Notes under the pieces: generated by a model
Database searches by the model: none
The model's input: only the letters and a program-made list of their open reading frames with translations
What the model was told of the DNA's origin: nothing
IMG/VR virus record: IMGVR_UViG_3300034073_001024
Coordinates: 1 to 55,227 of that record
Length of the DNA: 55,227 nucleotides
From: a virus
Lineage: Duplodnaviria; Caudoviricetes
Reading direction: 5' to 3' (one strand)
Translations under genes and position numbers: made by a program
Part shown: positions 1 to 9,181 of the stretch, piece by piece
Position numbering within the stretch: position 1 is the first letter of the stretch
Layout of the letters: each line of letters begins with the position of its first letter

Positions 1-127
1 CGGCTTCTGCTGCTGCAGGGCGATGCGGGTTCGATTCCCGCCTGGGTGCTGCTTAGACTAGCGATATGACGATCGCCGATGACCTAGAGGCATTTTTCAG
101 CTTTGATGCTGTGACGGTGACGAATGG
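1..127. repeat. Terminal direct repeat (copy 1); circular-assembly overlap
   Basis: Bases 1-127 are identical to 55101-55227; 127 nt is a common assembler k-mer size. Confidence 0.95.
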
Positions 128-497
128 TATTGTCACCAGCACGGGACTGCTTGATATGCCGTCAGAAATCATCGCTGATGGTGCAGTGCTAACAACTGAT
201 TACAAGCTGACGGTAAGAGCAGGAGATTTCGGCGGACTGCTGTATGGCGATGGGCTGACTGTTAACGGCATCAACTACACAGTGCGTAATGTGATGCTGG
301 TAGATGATGGGCGGATTGCTGAAATCAGCTTGATGAAGATCGCGCCACCTGCTGAAGCACCTGGCGGCAGACCGCGTGAATTTGGACTGCAGGATTTGGC
401 GGATGTGAATTTAATCAATCCAAGCCAAGGTGACATGCTGATCAACGATGGCACTGATTTCGTCAATATACCAGAGATCAACGGTGGCAGTGCATGA
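66..497 (+). CDS. Head-tail joining protein (lambda gpFII-like) with C-terminal extension
   Basis: Follows the head genes across the circular junction; small beta-rich protein; extra tail LQDLADVNLINPSQGDMLINDG. Confidence 0.55.
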   Translation: MTIADDLEAFFSFDAVTVTNGIVTSTGLLDMPSEIIADGAVLTTDYKLTVRAGDFGGLLYGDGLTVNGINYTVRNVMLVDDGRIAEISLMKIAPPAEAPGGRPREFGLQDLADVNLINPSQGDMLINDGTDFVNIPEINGGSA

Positions 498-1423
498 GAC
501 GGTACGGCATCCAATTAGAGCAGGGGAAATATGTAATATTGACTGAAGAGGGATACGCGCTGATGCTGGACCCCGGCACCTCAACCGAACGGCAGTATAT
601 TCGGCACCGCTATGACACCGGCACTAGCTGGGGCGCATCAAATGCAGTGCTGCGTGCTGGTGAACTTGGCATTGAATATGACGCTATTAGCTTGCGAGGC
701 AAGATCGGCGATGGCGTGACGGCATGGAATGACCTGCCTTATACGGAACTAGGACAGCAGCCTGGATTTCAGGCAGTGCAGTTTGACACTGCTGCTGATA
801 TTGGGGTTGGCACCGGCCAGATTGCATGGAATGCCGATGAGCAGACGCTTGACCTTGGCAAGGGTGGTGGCGTCACGCTGCAGATCGGTAGTGAGCAGCT
901 GATGCTGGTTCGCAACAGCACTCCGAACACCATCCCAAATGGCACTGCGGTGCGCTTTGTTGGTACGCTCGGCAACAGCGGCCGGCTGCTGGTGGCGCCA
1001 ATGATCGCTGATGGCAGCTTGCCGGGATATGTGTTTTTTGGTGTCACCACGCAAGCGATTGCGCCGGGTGTTGATGGTTTCGTTACGACCTTCGGCAAGG
1101 TAAGGCAAGTTGACACACGCCCATTTGAGGAAGGTGATGTGCTTTGGTGTGACCCAGCAGTGCCGGGTGGATTCACGCGGACTGAGCCTCAAGCGCCAAA
1201 CCTGAAGCTGCCGGTTGCTGCGGTGATCAGCAAAGCCACTAACGGCATTTTGATGGTGCGTGCTGACACCGGCCGCAGGCTGCAGGATCTGCACGACGTA
1301 GAGGCCAATGGCGGCAAGGTTGATCAGGATGTGCTCGGATGGAATGCAACGGCAGGACGATGGGAGCCGACCGATAGGCTGACGCTACTGGAGGCGCGAG
1401 TCTCGGCACTGGAGGCGCCATGA
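494..1423 (+). CDS. Virion fibre/decoration protein with Mtd/hyaluronidase-type N-terminal domain
   Basis: RYDTGTSWGASNAVLRAGELGIEYD...KIGDGVTAWNDLPY matches the Mtd N-terminal motif; C-terminal LEARVSALE coiled coil. Confidence 0.6.
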   Translation: MRRYGIQLEQGKYVILTEEGYALMLDPGTSTERQYIRHRYDTGTSWGASNAVLRAGELGIEYDAISLRGKIGDGVTAWNDLPYTELGQQPGFQAVQFDTAADIGVGTGQIAWNADEQTLDLGKGGGVTLQIGSEQLMLVRNSTPNTIPNGTAVRFVGTLGNSGRLLVAPMIADGSLPGYVFFGVTTQAIAPGVDGFVTTFGKVRQVDTRPFEEGDVLWCDPAVPGGFTRTEPQAPNLKLPVAAVISKATNGILMVRADTGRRLQDLHDVEANGGKVDQDVLGWNATAGRWEPTDRLTLLEARVSALEAP

Positions 1424-1839
1424 CTAAACGTGAACGCATCTTGCAAGCTGTTGTTACAGCGCTCACGGGTACTGAGGAAGTCGGCAGCCGCATCTATCGC
1501 AGCCGCGTCGAGCCATTTGCGCGCGGCGAAAGCCCTGCAATTGTGGTGGAACCAATTGCAGATCAAGCGGAGCAGAACACCAGCCTGCCGACGCTGGACT
1601 GGAGCTTGGCAGTACGCGTTGCAATTATCGTTCGAGCAACGGTGCCAGATCAAGCGGCAGATCCAATCATTGAATCAGCACATGCCAAGATTATGGCTGA
1701 TTTAACACTCGGTGGTTATGCGATTGATGTGCAACCAAAACAAGTTGGTTTTGAGCTGATTGAAGCAGACCAGCCGGCTGGTGTGATCACGATGGATTAT
1801 CTTGTGAGGTATAGAACCGCTGTGGCAAGCCTACAATGA
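1420..1839 (+). CDS. Tail terminator (gpU-like)
   Basis: 139 aa; MTKRERILQAV...RIYRSRVEP; lies just upstream of the tail tube gene. Confidence 0.6.
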   Translation: MTKRERILQAVVTALTGTEEVGSRIYRSRVEPFARGESPAIVVEPIADQAEQNTSLPTLDWSLAVRVAIIVRATVPDQAADPIIESAHAKIMADLTLGGYAIDVQPKQVGFELIEADQPAGVITMDYLVRYRTAVASLQ

Positions 1840-2063
1840 TGGATGAATACCACGGGCAGGGTGGCTCCTACATCCTTGACCCTGAAACAGGCAAGCGCAC
1901 CTTAGTGGGGCGCACTCTACCTTCGGTGACAAACGATGCCACTCCTGACACGCAAACGCCTGATCCTGCTGGAATCAGAGACAACCTACGGAACCGACCC
2001 GACACCAACCGGCGCGGACGCCGTGCTGGTGCGCGATCTGAACATCACCCCGCTGCAGAGTGA
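1836..2063 (+). CDS. Small hypothetical protein
   Basis: ATGA-coupled start; GQGGSYILDPETGKR; 3' half overlaps the tail tube gene. Confidence 0.35.
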   Translation: MMDEYHGQGGSYILDPETGKRTLVGRTLPSVTNDATPDTQTPDPAGIRDNLRNRPDTNRRGRRAGARSEHHPAAE

Positions 2064-2871
2064 TGCAGTAAGCCGTGACCTTGTGCGGCCGTATCTTGGC
2101 GCATCGGAACAGCTGCTGGCCAATACCCGCGTCGAGGTTACCTTCAGCGTCGAACTTGCCGGCTCCGGCACTGCAGGCACTGCACCGCGCTACGGCAAGG
2201 CACTGCTGGCCTGCGGCCTGAGCGAAACCGTGGTGGCTAGCACTAGCGTCACCTACGGCCCGGTAAGCGCTAGCTTCGGCAGCTGCACCATCTATTACAA
2301 CATTGATGGTGTGCTGCATAAGGTAACTGGCGCACGCGGTACGTTCACGATCAATGGCACTGTTGGTGAAATTCCAACGATTGACTTTACCTTCACCGGT
2401 GTCTATAACGCACCGACTGATACGGCACTGCCTTCGGTGACGTATGCAGATCAAGCGACGCCTGTACTGTTCAAGGCTGGTAATACCAGCGGCTTCCAAC
2501 TTCTCGGCTACAGCGGATGCCTGCAATCCGTGAGCTTTGATATTGGCAATACGCTGATCTACCGCGAGCTTGTTGGATGCAGCAAAGAGGTGCTGCTGAC
2601 CGATCGCGCTGCTACTGGTAGCGCAACGATTGAAGCGCCGACCATCGCGCAGAAGGATTACTTCACTGCTGCGCAGGGAGATGGTGTGCTGGGCAACTTG
2701 CTGTTCCAGCATGGGCAGACTGCTGGCAATATCGTCAATTTCGCCTCTACGCGAGTCGATATTGGTGATGTCAGCTATGCTGACCAAGACGGCATCCACA
2801 TGCTGACCATCCCCTACACCTGCGTGCCAAGCACTGCGGGTAATGACGAGTTCTCGCTGATTTACACTTAA
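1936..2871 (+). CDS. Major tail tube protein
   Basis: 311 aa, Thr/Gly-rich, ESETTYGTDP N-terminus; directly upstream of chaperones and tape measure. Confidence 0.8.
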   Translation: MPLLTRKRLILLESETTYGTDPTPTGADAVLVRDLNITPLQSDAVSRDLVRPYLGASEQLLANTRVEVTFSVELAGSGTAGTAPRYGKALLACGLSETVVASTSVTYGPVSASFGSCTIYYNIDGVLHKVTGARGTFTINGTVGEIPTIDFTFTGVYNAPTDTALPSVTYADQATPVLFKAGNTSGFQLLGYSGCLQSVSFDIGNTLIYRELVGCSKEVLLTDRAATGSATIEAPTIAQKDYFTAAQGDGVLGNLLFQHGQTAGNIVNFASTRVDIGDVSYADQDGIHMLTIPYTCVPSTAGNDEFSLIYT

Positions 2872-2930
2872 TCGGCGACTGCGCAATCAAGGGGGCGATG
2901 CCCCCTTTCCTTCCCATTTTCACCTACGCG

Positions 2931-3278
2931 ATGTCTTTTGTCCTTTCTGTTTCCGCTACCTACAAGTGGCCCGTTACCGTTGAAATTGCCGCTGATGGTG
3001 GTGGACGTCACAAATTTACATTTGACGCAGAATTCAAACGCCTTCCATCTGATGAGGTAAAGCGACTCTTGAATCCAGAGGATGGAGATGACGCACCAAC
3101 CGACGAAGATTTTTGCCGCGATAACGTCGTGGGATGGTCGGGAGTCAAGGATGATGAAGGTTCTGATGTGCTTTTCAGTCAAGAGTCGCTGAATAAACTT
3201 CTTCAGATCCACCCAGTTCCTGCCATGATCGTTAAGGCATGGATTGATAGCATTTCCGGGGCAAAACAAAAAAACTAA
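2931..3278 (+). CDS. Tail assembly chaperone (gpG-like)
   Basis: YKWPVTV...FDAEFKRL...VVGWSGV; ends in slippery heptamer A AAA AAC before TAA. Confidence 0.75.
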   Translation: MSFVLSVSATYKWPVTVEIAADGGGRHKFTFDAEFKRLPSDEVKRLLNPEDGDDAPTDEDFCRDNVVGWSGVKDDEGSDVLFSQESLNKLLQIHPVPAMIVKAWIDSISGAKQKN

Positions 3279-3589
3279 TAGATGCCGCCAAGTACTGGTC
3301 AAATGGCGGCGTAATTGACGAATCAAATGATGACGCATCTGCTTTTGGTATTGAGCTACCAAAAGCAGATGACGTCATTAATTGCTTTGAAGTTTGGCCA
3401 GAGAATTGGGACATTGTAATGATGTGGTTGCGTGTTTCCACGCAATGGCGTGCTAGCGCTAGCGGAATCATTGGGCTTGATTACGGAGTGCTTCCATGGA
3501 TATTTAAGCTATATGAAGTTAGCGAAGAAAAGGAGATGTTAGAGGGATTGCGGCTGATGGAGCAGACGTGTTTAGAATGTATGTCATAG
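3275..3589 (+). CDS. gpT-like frameshift extension (DUF1799-like); absent from the ORF track
   Basis: The -1 frame reads LIDAAKYW...FEVWPENW...TQWR...GLDY...MS*; reachable by -1 slip at 3269-3275. Confidence 0.75.
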   Translation, partial: LIDAAKYWSNGGVIDESNDDASAFGIELPKADDVINCFEVWPENWDIVMMWLRVSTQWRASASGIIGLDYGVLPWIFKLYEVSEEKEMLEGLRLMEQTCLECMS

Positions 3590-3602
3590 GAGGCTGCGTG
3601 CA

Positions 3603-6600
3603 ATGGCAATGAACATGGATGCGGTGCTCCGCATTGCCGCAAAAGTCCAAGGTTTAAATGATTTTAAGGCGCTTTCTGATCAGCTTTTAAATGTCAACAA
3701 GGCATCTACAGATAGCCAAGCTGGCTTTCAGCGTTTATCAAGCGAGTCAAGCCGATTAGCACAAGAATCAGTCCGTGCGGCCAATAGCGCTAAAATTCAA
3801 TCCGCATCGCTTCGGGAGCTTGGAGCAAGTGCTCGCACAAATGCAACCGAAATACGACGTAGCAGCGGAGAAGCGCAATCATTTGGAGCCGTACTTCAAC
3901 GACTGCGCAGTCAATCAACTGGAGTTGTTGATGGAATCGTAAAGTCAGCATTTAATGCAGCAAGTGGAATTAATACGCTTTCCGCATCATTTACCCCAGT
4001 AAATGATCAAATCGACGCAAGCAAGGCAAATGTTAATCAATTTTCCGATTCGCTGCAGCAGTTAAGTGGTCAGTCCGCTAGCGCTTTGAGCGGTATTGGC
4101 AAGTCTGCAATCAATGCAGCCAATGGAATCCATGAGCTGCAGGTATCTTTAGATCCGACGGACCAGCAGATTGCATTGGTTCGACAAGAGCTAATTGAGT
4201 TTGAGGCAAGTTCCAAGAAAACAGAAAGGTCAATTGCGCAGCAAATTCAAGTATTTAAGAATTTGCGAAGTCAAGCAGAATTAAATGGTGAAATTTACAA
4301 ACAACTTACGGCAGATATTGACCGCTTGCGTGCAACAACATCGGCGATTGATGCCGCAGGATCCAAAGGCGCGCAAGGTATTGAAAAAGTAACTACCGCA
4401 AGTAAATCAAGCAGTGCGGCATTAAAGGATCAAATTAAAACACTGGAAAGATTGCGGCGCAAGCTAACAGAAAGCAGTGAAGGCTATAAGGTCATTGGCA
4501 GGGAAATTGATAACCTCAAGGCAAAATCTGCTGCGCTTGATTTACCAAAATTCACGGCCCCTAGTGCAGCCGCTGCTGCATCAGGCACAGTCGGAGCGAT
4601 CCGCCAGCTAGTTGACCTGCGGCGAGAGCTATCAAAAACAAATGCAGGTCGCGTTGTACTTGCTGGCGAGGGGACAGCAATTGCAGGCTTGACCGGAACT
4701 ATTGGTGCAGCTGGTGCAGCTGGTATTGGCGGTGCAGCCGGTGGGTTGAGCGGCATTGCTAGCCAGCTGGATGTTATTGCAAACAAGGCATCTGCTCTGC
4801 CGGGAGTGCTCAAGCCTCTAGGCGGGCTGCTGGCAACTCCTGCTGCTGCCGCTGGTGATGCTATTGCTAATTGGGGCGCAAGCCTAGCTGCGGCTCAGTC
4901 AAAACTTGCTGCGCTGTCTGGCCCGTTTGAGGCAATTGGCACAGCGATTCAATCAATTGGCCCAGAAACGACGTTAGCGGCTGGTGCGGCATCACTTGCG
5001 ATTGCATCTGTTTATGACGTATTAAAGCGTCGAGCAGATGAAGCTCAGCGCGATTTAGAGGAGTCTTTTAAAGGTATTTCAGATGACGTGCAAAGAACAC
5101 TGCAGCAGTTAGCGCGTGTTTTTGATGCGGTTCCAGCTGCTCGCCTTGCTGCTCAACGTGAATTACGTGATCGCAATTTAGCGCGACTTGGTGAAGCACA
5201 ACCCGGCTCAATTGAAGCGCGACGCGCTGCAAATGCTGTTGTATCGGCCGAACGTGAAATCACCAAAATTCAAGGGGAACAAAATAAGCTGCTTGATGCT
5301 GCACGCGCAAGGGAAAGCGAAAAGCTTAAACTTCAAAAAGAACAGCGCGATGCAGTAACGCAAAGGCTTAACCTTCAAAAAAGGTTAACGCAAGAAACGA
5401 TTAAGGAGCGCGAGGAATTACGGCAATCAAATGCAATAGCTAAATCAATCAGACGCAACCAAGAACGCACCGCGTCAGAGAAGCAGCGCCAAGCTGAGTT
5501 GGCAGAAACCATCAAACAGCAGCGCGATATCGCACGCAGCCGACTTGACATTCAACGCAAATTAACAGAAGAAGCTCGTAATGAGCGCAATGAATTAAGG
5601 CAATCAAACGCAATTGCCGGATCTATTCGCCGCAATCAAGAGCGTCAAGAGCGCGCCGCCGCTGCTCAAGAAAGGATTAGGCGTAATGCTGCCGCTGCGT
5701 TTCCGCGATCTACGATGCTTGCATTGCCGGCTGCTGGGCAGACGACGGCACCTGGCACCGGCCAAGCCATCAGCGGTGGCGCAAGGTTGTCACGGTCTAA
5801 CATTGAAACTGCTGGAACACGCGATGTAATTGGCACTGCAATGAGCAGCTTGCCAAAAGCGTTAGAACAGGCAAATGCAGCAGCAACAAAAACCAAAGGT
5901 GCGCTAAGGGATGTATTCATTGAAATCACAAAAGCAGAGCAGGCAAGCAATGGAAGTATTAACAGCTTGCAGAGGCAGCGTGCCGCATGGCAAGCATTGC
6001 AAAATGCCGTAAATCCAGCAGCTCCTGCTTATGAAAATGCACGACGCAATGTAGAGCGCCTTGATAATCAACTGCAGCGACTTACCAGGACCCAGCAAAA
6101 GGCGGCTGTAGCGCAGGAGCCTAGGGGCGGTATTGGAGTCGCCGGTAGCGCATTAGGATCACTTGCGCTTGGCGGCGGCTTGCAGGGTGCACTTGGCGCA
6201 GCAGCAGGTGAGCTGATGTTTTCTGGTGGCGCTGCCAAATTTGCAGCTGGCGCTGGCATTGCTGCGGTAGCGGCGGTTGGTGCATTGGCTGCAACTGTTG
6301 GCATTGAGGCAGAAAATGCTGAAGTTCGGCTAAAGTCGCTTACTGATCAATTTGGTGAATATACGCAAGCGCAAGCCGCCGCGGCGCGTATTGCAAAAAC
6401 ATTGAGAATGAGTCAAATAGAATCAGCTGATTCGTTCAGTCAGCTTTACGCTGCATTGAGGCCGACTGGTGTCACCATTAAAGAAATCGAGGATGCATTT
6501 ATTGGATTTACAGCAGCTGCAAGGGCAAGCGGCACAACTGCGCAAGAGTCCACAGCGGCGATGCTGCAACTGAAGCAAGCACTAGGATCTGGCGTGCTAC

Positions 6601-8483
6601 AGGGTGATGAATTACGTTCAATACGCGAACAAGCGCCACTTGCGGCGCAAGCTATAGCCAAGGAAATGAATGTTAGTGTTGGCGAATTAAAAAAACTAGG
6701 AGAACAAGGAAAAATTACAACAGATATTGTACTGCGAGCTTTGGCGGCGCTAAAGAACCAAAGCCTCGATAAGTTAAACAAACAACTAAACACAAGCGGT
6801 CAAGCATTGCAAGACCTAAGCAATGCAACAAACGACTTTGGCCGCACGATTGCAAGGGTTTTTGGCCCTACTTCTGTTGCAATTGTTCGCAGCCTTGGAA
6901 ATGCAATACGCGAAGTCAATGCAGTAATGGGCGCATTGACCGGCGACAATGGCGCCATGGGCAGAATTGAAGATATGCAACGTGCACGCGCGCAAGCTGA
7001 GCGTGATACAAATGCTCGTCAATTTGGATGGTTTGATTTCCAGGGAAGAGAGCAATTTTTTCGCCAACGAACTCAGCAACTATTTCGCCAGTACCAAGAA
7101 GAACGTGCTGCTGCAGCTGAGCGCTCCGCGCCACCACCGACAGCAGCGCAAGAAGCAGAAAGGCAAAGAGCTGCGCGCGACCGTGAGCAAGCACGTCAGA
7201 GTGCAAATGCCGACAAGCAAAATAAAGATAAGCGCGATGCAGAAAAAACGCAATCACGCATGAATGAATTGCTCAGCGATAATTTGCGCCTTAATACTGA
7301 GCTTGGCAACATTGGAAAAGATCGCCTCAGTCAAATCAGAGCCGAGCATGATCTAATTCCGCAATTACTGAAGCTAGAGCTTGCTGATCTTAATGCAACA
7401 CTAAAAGGCGATGAATTGAGGCAAGCTAGGATCAATACGATTCTAGAGGCTAGAACAAGGGCGCTTCAACTTGAGCAAGAGTTCAAAGATGTCACAAACG
7501 AAATTAACAATCTCCTTGGCCAATCAAAAGAATTAAGCTTTAAGGTTTTTAGTGGATTCAGGCCGGAGGAATCACCACTTAGCAAAGAACTGTTAGCTAT
7601 CAATCAGGAACTGGTTAATGCTGATAAAGCCGCTGAAGATTTACTTAAGCGCTTGTCTGAACTTGGCGGCACAAATCCAGAAACCGCCACTGCGCGCACA
7701 TCAATAGGAAACCTGCGCGGCGCAATTGCAGGAGTCAATCCAGTTGCGGTCGCAAGTCAGCGTATCACGCAGGGTGATGTAGATGCGCTGCAGCAAGAGA
7801 TACAAGGGCTTCAAAATTACGGCAGAGAGCTGTCCACTATTGAGCAGCTTGCGATTAAATATGGCGAAGAATGGAGCAAAATTGACCCATCTGTTCGATC
7901 GTCGTTAGAAACGCTTGCCAAGCAGCGCGACGCATTGCAAGCAAATGTAGATAAAACACGCGAGTGGAATAATGTTTTGAACCAAGCTGGAACCACAATC
8001 GGCGGGGTGCTGCAAGATTTAATTACAGGTACAAACGACTGGCGGTCTAGCCTTAATAGCGCATTGAAGTCACTTGCAAATCTTGTATTCCAGCAAGCAT
8101 TGGCGGGACTTGCCGGTAAAGACGGCATCGGTGTATTTAGCTTTTTGTCGGGAAGTTTAGGTGCTGGCACCAAAAAATTCGCCAATGGCGGAGTAGTCAA
8201 TAGCCCAACGATGTTTAGGTTCGCCGATGGCGGCACCATGCGCAATGGCTTGATGGGCGAAGCAGGCCCCGAGGCGATCATCCCACTCAAGCGCGGGCGT
8301 GATGGCAAGCTAGGTGTTGCCGGTGGCGGCAGCAGCACCAGCATTACAGTCAACGTAGACGCAAGCGGCAGCAGTGTTCAAGGCAGCGACCAGCAAGCTA
8401 GTCAGCTTGGCCGTGCTATCGCTGCTGCCGTGCAACAAGAGCTGATCAAGCAGAAACGACCTGGAGGGCTGCTGACGCGATGA
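3603..8483 (+). CDS. Tape measure protein
   Basis: 1626 aa, Ala/Gln-rich; QLKQALGSGVLQGDELRSIREQ tape-measure motif; lambda-type C-terminus FANGG...MGEAGPEAIIPL. Confidence 0.92.
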   Translation: MAMNMDAVLRIAAKVQGLNDFKALSDQLLNVNKASTDSQAGFQRLSSESSRLAQESVRAANSAKIQSASLRELGASARTNATEIRRSSGEAQSFGAVLQRLRSQSTGVVDGIVKSAFNAASGINTLSASFTPVNDQIDASKANVNQFSDSLQQLSGQSASALSGIGKSAINAANGIHELQVSLDPTDQQIALVRQELIEFEASSKKTERSIAQQIQVFKNLRSQAELNGEIYKQLTADIDRLRATTSAIDAAGSKGAQGIEKVTTASKSSSAALKDQIKTLERLRRKLTESSEGYKVIGREIDNLKAKSAALDLPKFTAPSAAAAASGTVGAIRQLVDLRRELSKTNAGRVVLAGEGTAIAGLTGTIGAAGAAGIGGAAGGLSGIASQLDVIANKASALPGVLKPLGGLLATPAAAAGDAIANWGASLAAAQSKLAALSGPFEAIGTAIQSIGPETTLAAGAASLAIASVYDVLKRRADEAQRDLEESFKGISDDVQRTLQQLARVFDAVPAARLAAQRELRDRNLARLGEAQPGSIEARRAANAVVSAEREITKIQGEQNKLLDAARARESEKLKLQKEQRDAVTQRLNLQKRLTQETIKEREELRQSNAIAKSIRRNQERTASEKQRQAELAETIKQQRDIARSRLDIQRKLTEEARNERNELRQSNAIAGSIRRNQERQERAAAAQERIRRNAAAAFPRSTMLALPAAGQTTAPGTGQAISGGARLSRSNIETAGTRDVIGTAMSSLPKALEQANAAATKTKGALRDVFIEITKAEQASNGSINSLQRQRAAWQALQNAVNPAAPAYENARRNVERLDNQLQRLTRTQQKAAVAQEPRGGIGVAGSALGSLALGGGLQGALGAAAGELMFSGGAAKFAAGAGIAAVAAVGALAATVGIEAENAEVRLKSLTDQFGEYTQAQAAAARIAKTLRMSQIESADSFSQLYAALRPTGVTIKEIEDAFIGFTAAARASGTTAQESTAAMLQLKQALGSGVLQGDELRSIREQAPLAAQAIAKEMNVSVGELKKLGEQGKITTDIVLRALAALKNQSLDKLNKQLNTSGQALQDLSNATNDFGRTIARVFGPTSVAIVRSLGNAIREVNAVMGALTGDNGAMGRIEDMQRARAQAERDTNARQFGWFDFQGREQFFRQRTQQLFRQYQEERAAAAERSAPPPTAAQEAERQRAARDREQARQSANADKQNKDKRDAEKTQSRMNELLSDNLRLNTELGNIGKDRLSQIRAEHDLIPQLLKLELADLNATLKGDELRQARINTILEARTRALQLEQEFKDVTNEINNLLGQSKELSFKVFSGFRPEESPLSKELLAINQELVNADKAAEDLLKRLSELGGTNPETATARTSIGNLRGAIAGVNPVAVASQRITQGDVDALQQEIQGLQNYGRELSTIEQLAIKYGEEWSKIDPSVRSSLETLAKQRDALQANVDKTREWNNVLNQAGTTIGGVLQDLITGTNDWRSSLNSALKSLANLVFQQALAGLAGKDGIGVFSFLSGSLGAGTKKFANGGVVNSPTMFRFADGGTMRNGLMGEAGPEAIIPLKRGRDGKLGVAGGGSSTSITVNVDASGSSVQGSDQQASQLGRAIAAAVQQELIKQKRPGGLLTR

Positions 8484-9181
8484 GTATCTTCACTTATACA
8501 CCAGATCGTCCGGCCACAGAAAGCTCTAGCCCGCGGACACGAATTACGCGATTTGGCACTGCAGAACACCGCGCAACATTTGGTATCAATCCATTTCGTG
8601 ATACATGGAACGTAAGTTTTAGCAATCGCAGCATTGATGACATCAGTGAAATACATGCATTTTTGAGCGATAGCGACGGCCGCGCATCATTTACGTGGAC
8701 GACACCATTTGATGAGACTGCACAGTTTGTATGCAGCGAATGGACAGCAAAGGTTGAATCTTGCAACTATCGCACGATAGAAGCTGAATTCGAACTGCGT
8801 TATGACGCAGGAACAGAAGGCATTGCGGCGCCAGCTGGTGATGCGATAACGTTTATTTGGATTCCAGATTTTACAGCCGACCTGCGATATAAAACCAATG
8901 CGCAAACGATGCAACTTGGTGATGGCTATACGCAACGCTTTAAGTTTGGCTTAAATGCACAAGAGGAAGGGTGGTCATTGCAATTCCGCAATCGCACCAA
9001 TGCTGAACGCAACGCGATTCGTGCATTCCTTAGGCAAGCATGTGGGCGCACTGCATTCAACTGGACTGATCCGCTGTCTGGTATTACTGGCAGATATGTA
9101 TGCGCTGAATGGAGCGCAACATACAATAACCATAACAACAATGACCTGCAGATGACGCTGCGGAGGGTATTTGAACCATGA
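8480..9181 (+). CDS. Distal tail protein (gpM-like), two tandem domains
   Basis: Two copies of F.W.PD...G.N...W...F.NR...I.AFL...G..F.WT.P...C.EW. Confidence 0.8.
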   Translation: MSIFTYTPDRPATESSSPRTRITRFGTAEHRATFGINPFRDTWNVSFSNRSIDDISEIHAFLSDSDGRASFTWTTPFDETAQFVCSEWTAKVESCNYRTIEAEFELRYDAGTEGIAAPAGDAITFIWIPDFTADLRYKTNAQTMQLGDGYTQRFKFGLNAQEEGWSLQFRNRTNAERNAIRAFLRQACGRTAFNWTDPLSGITGRYVCAEWSATYNNHNNNDLQMTLRRVFEP

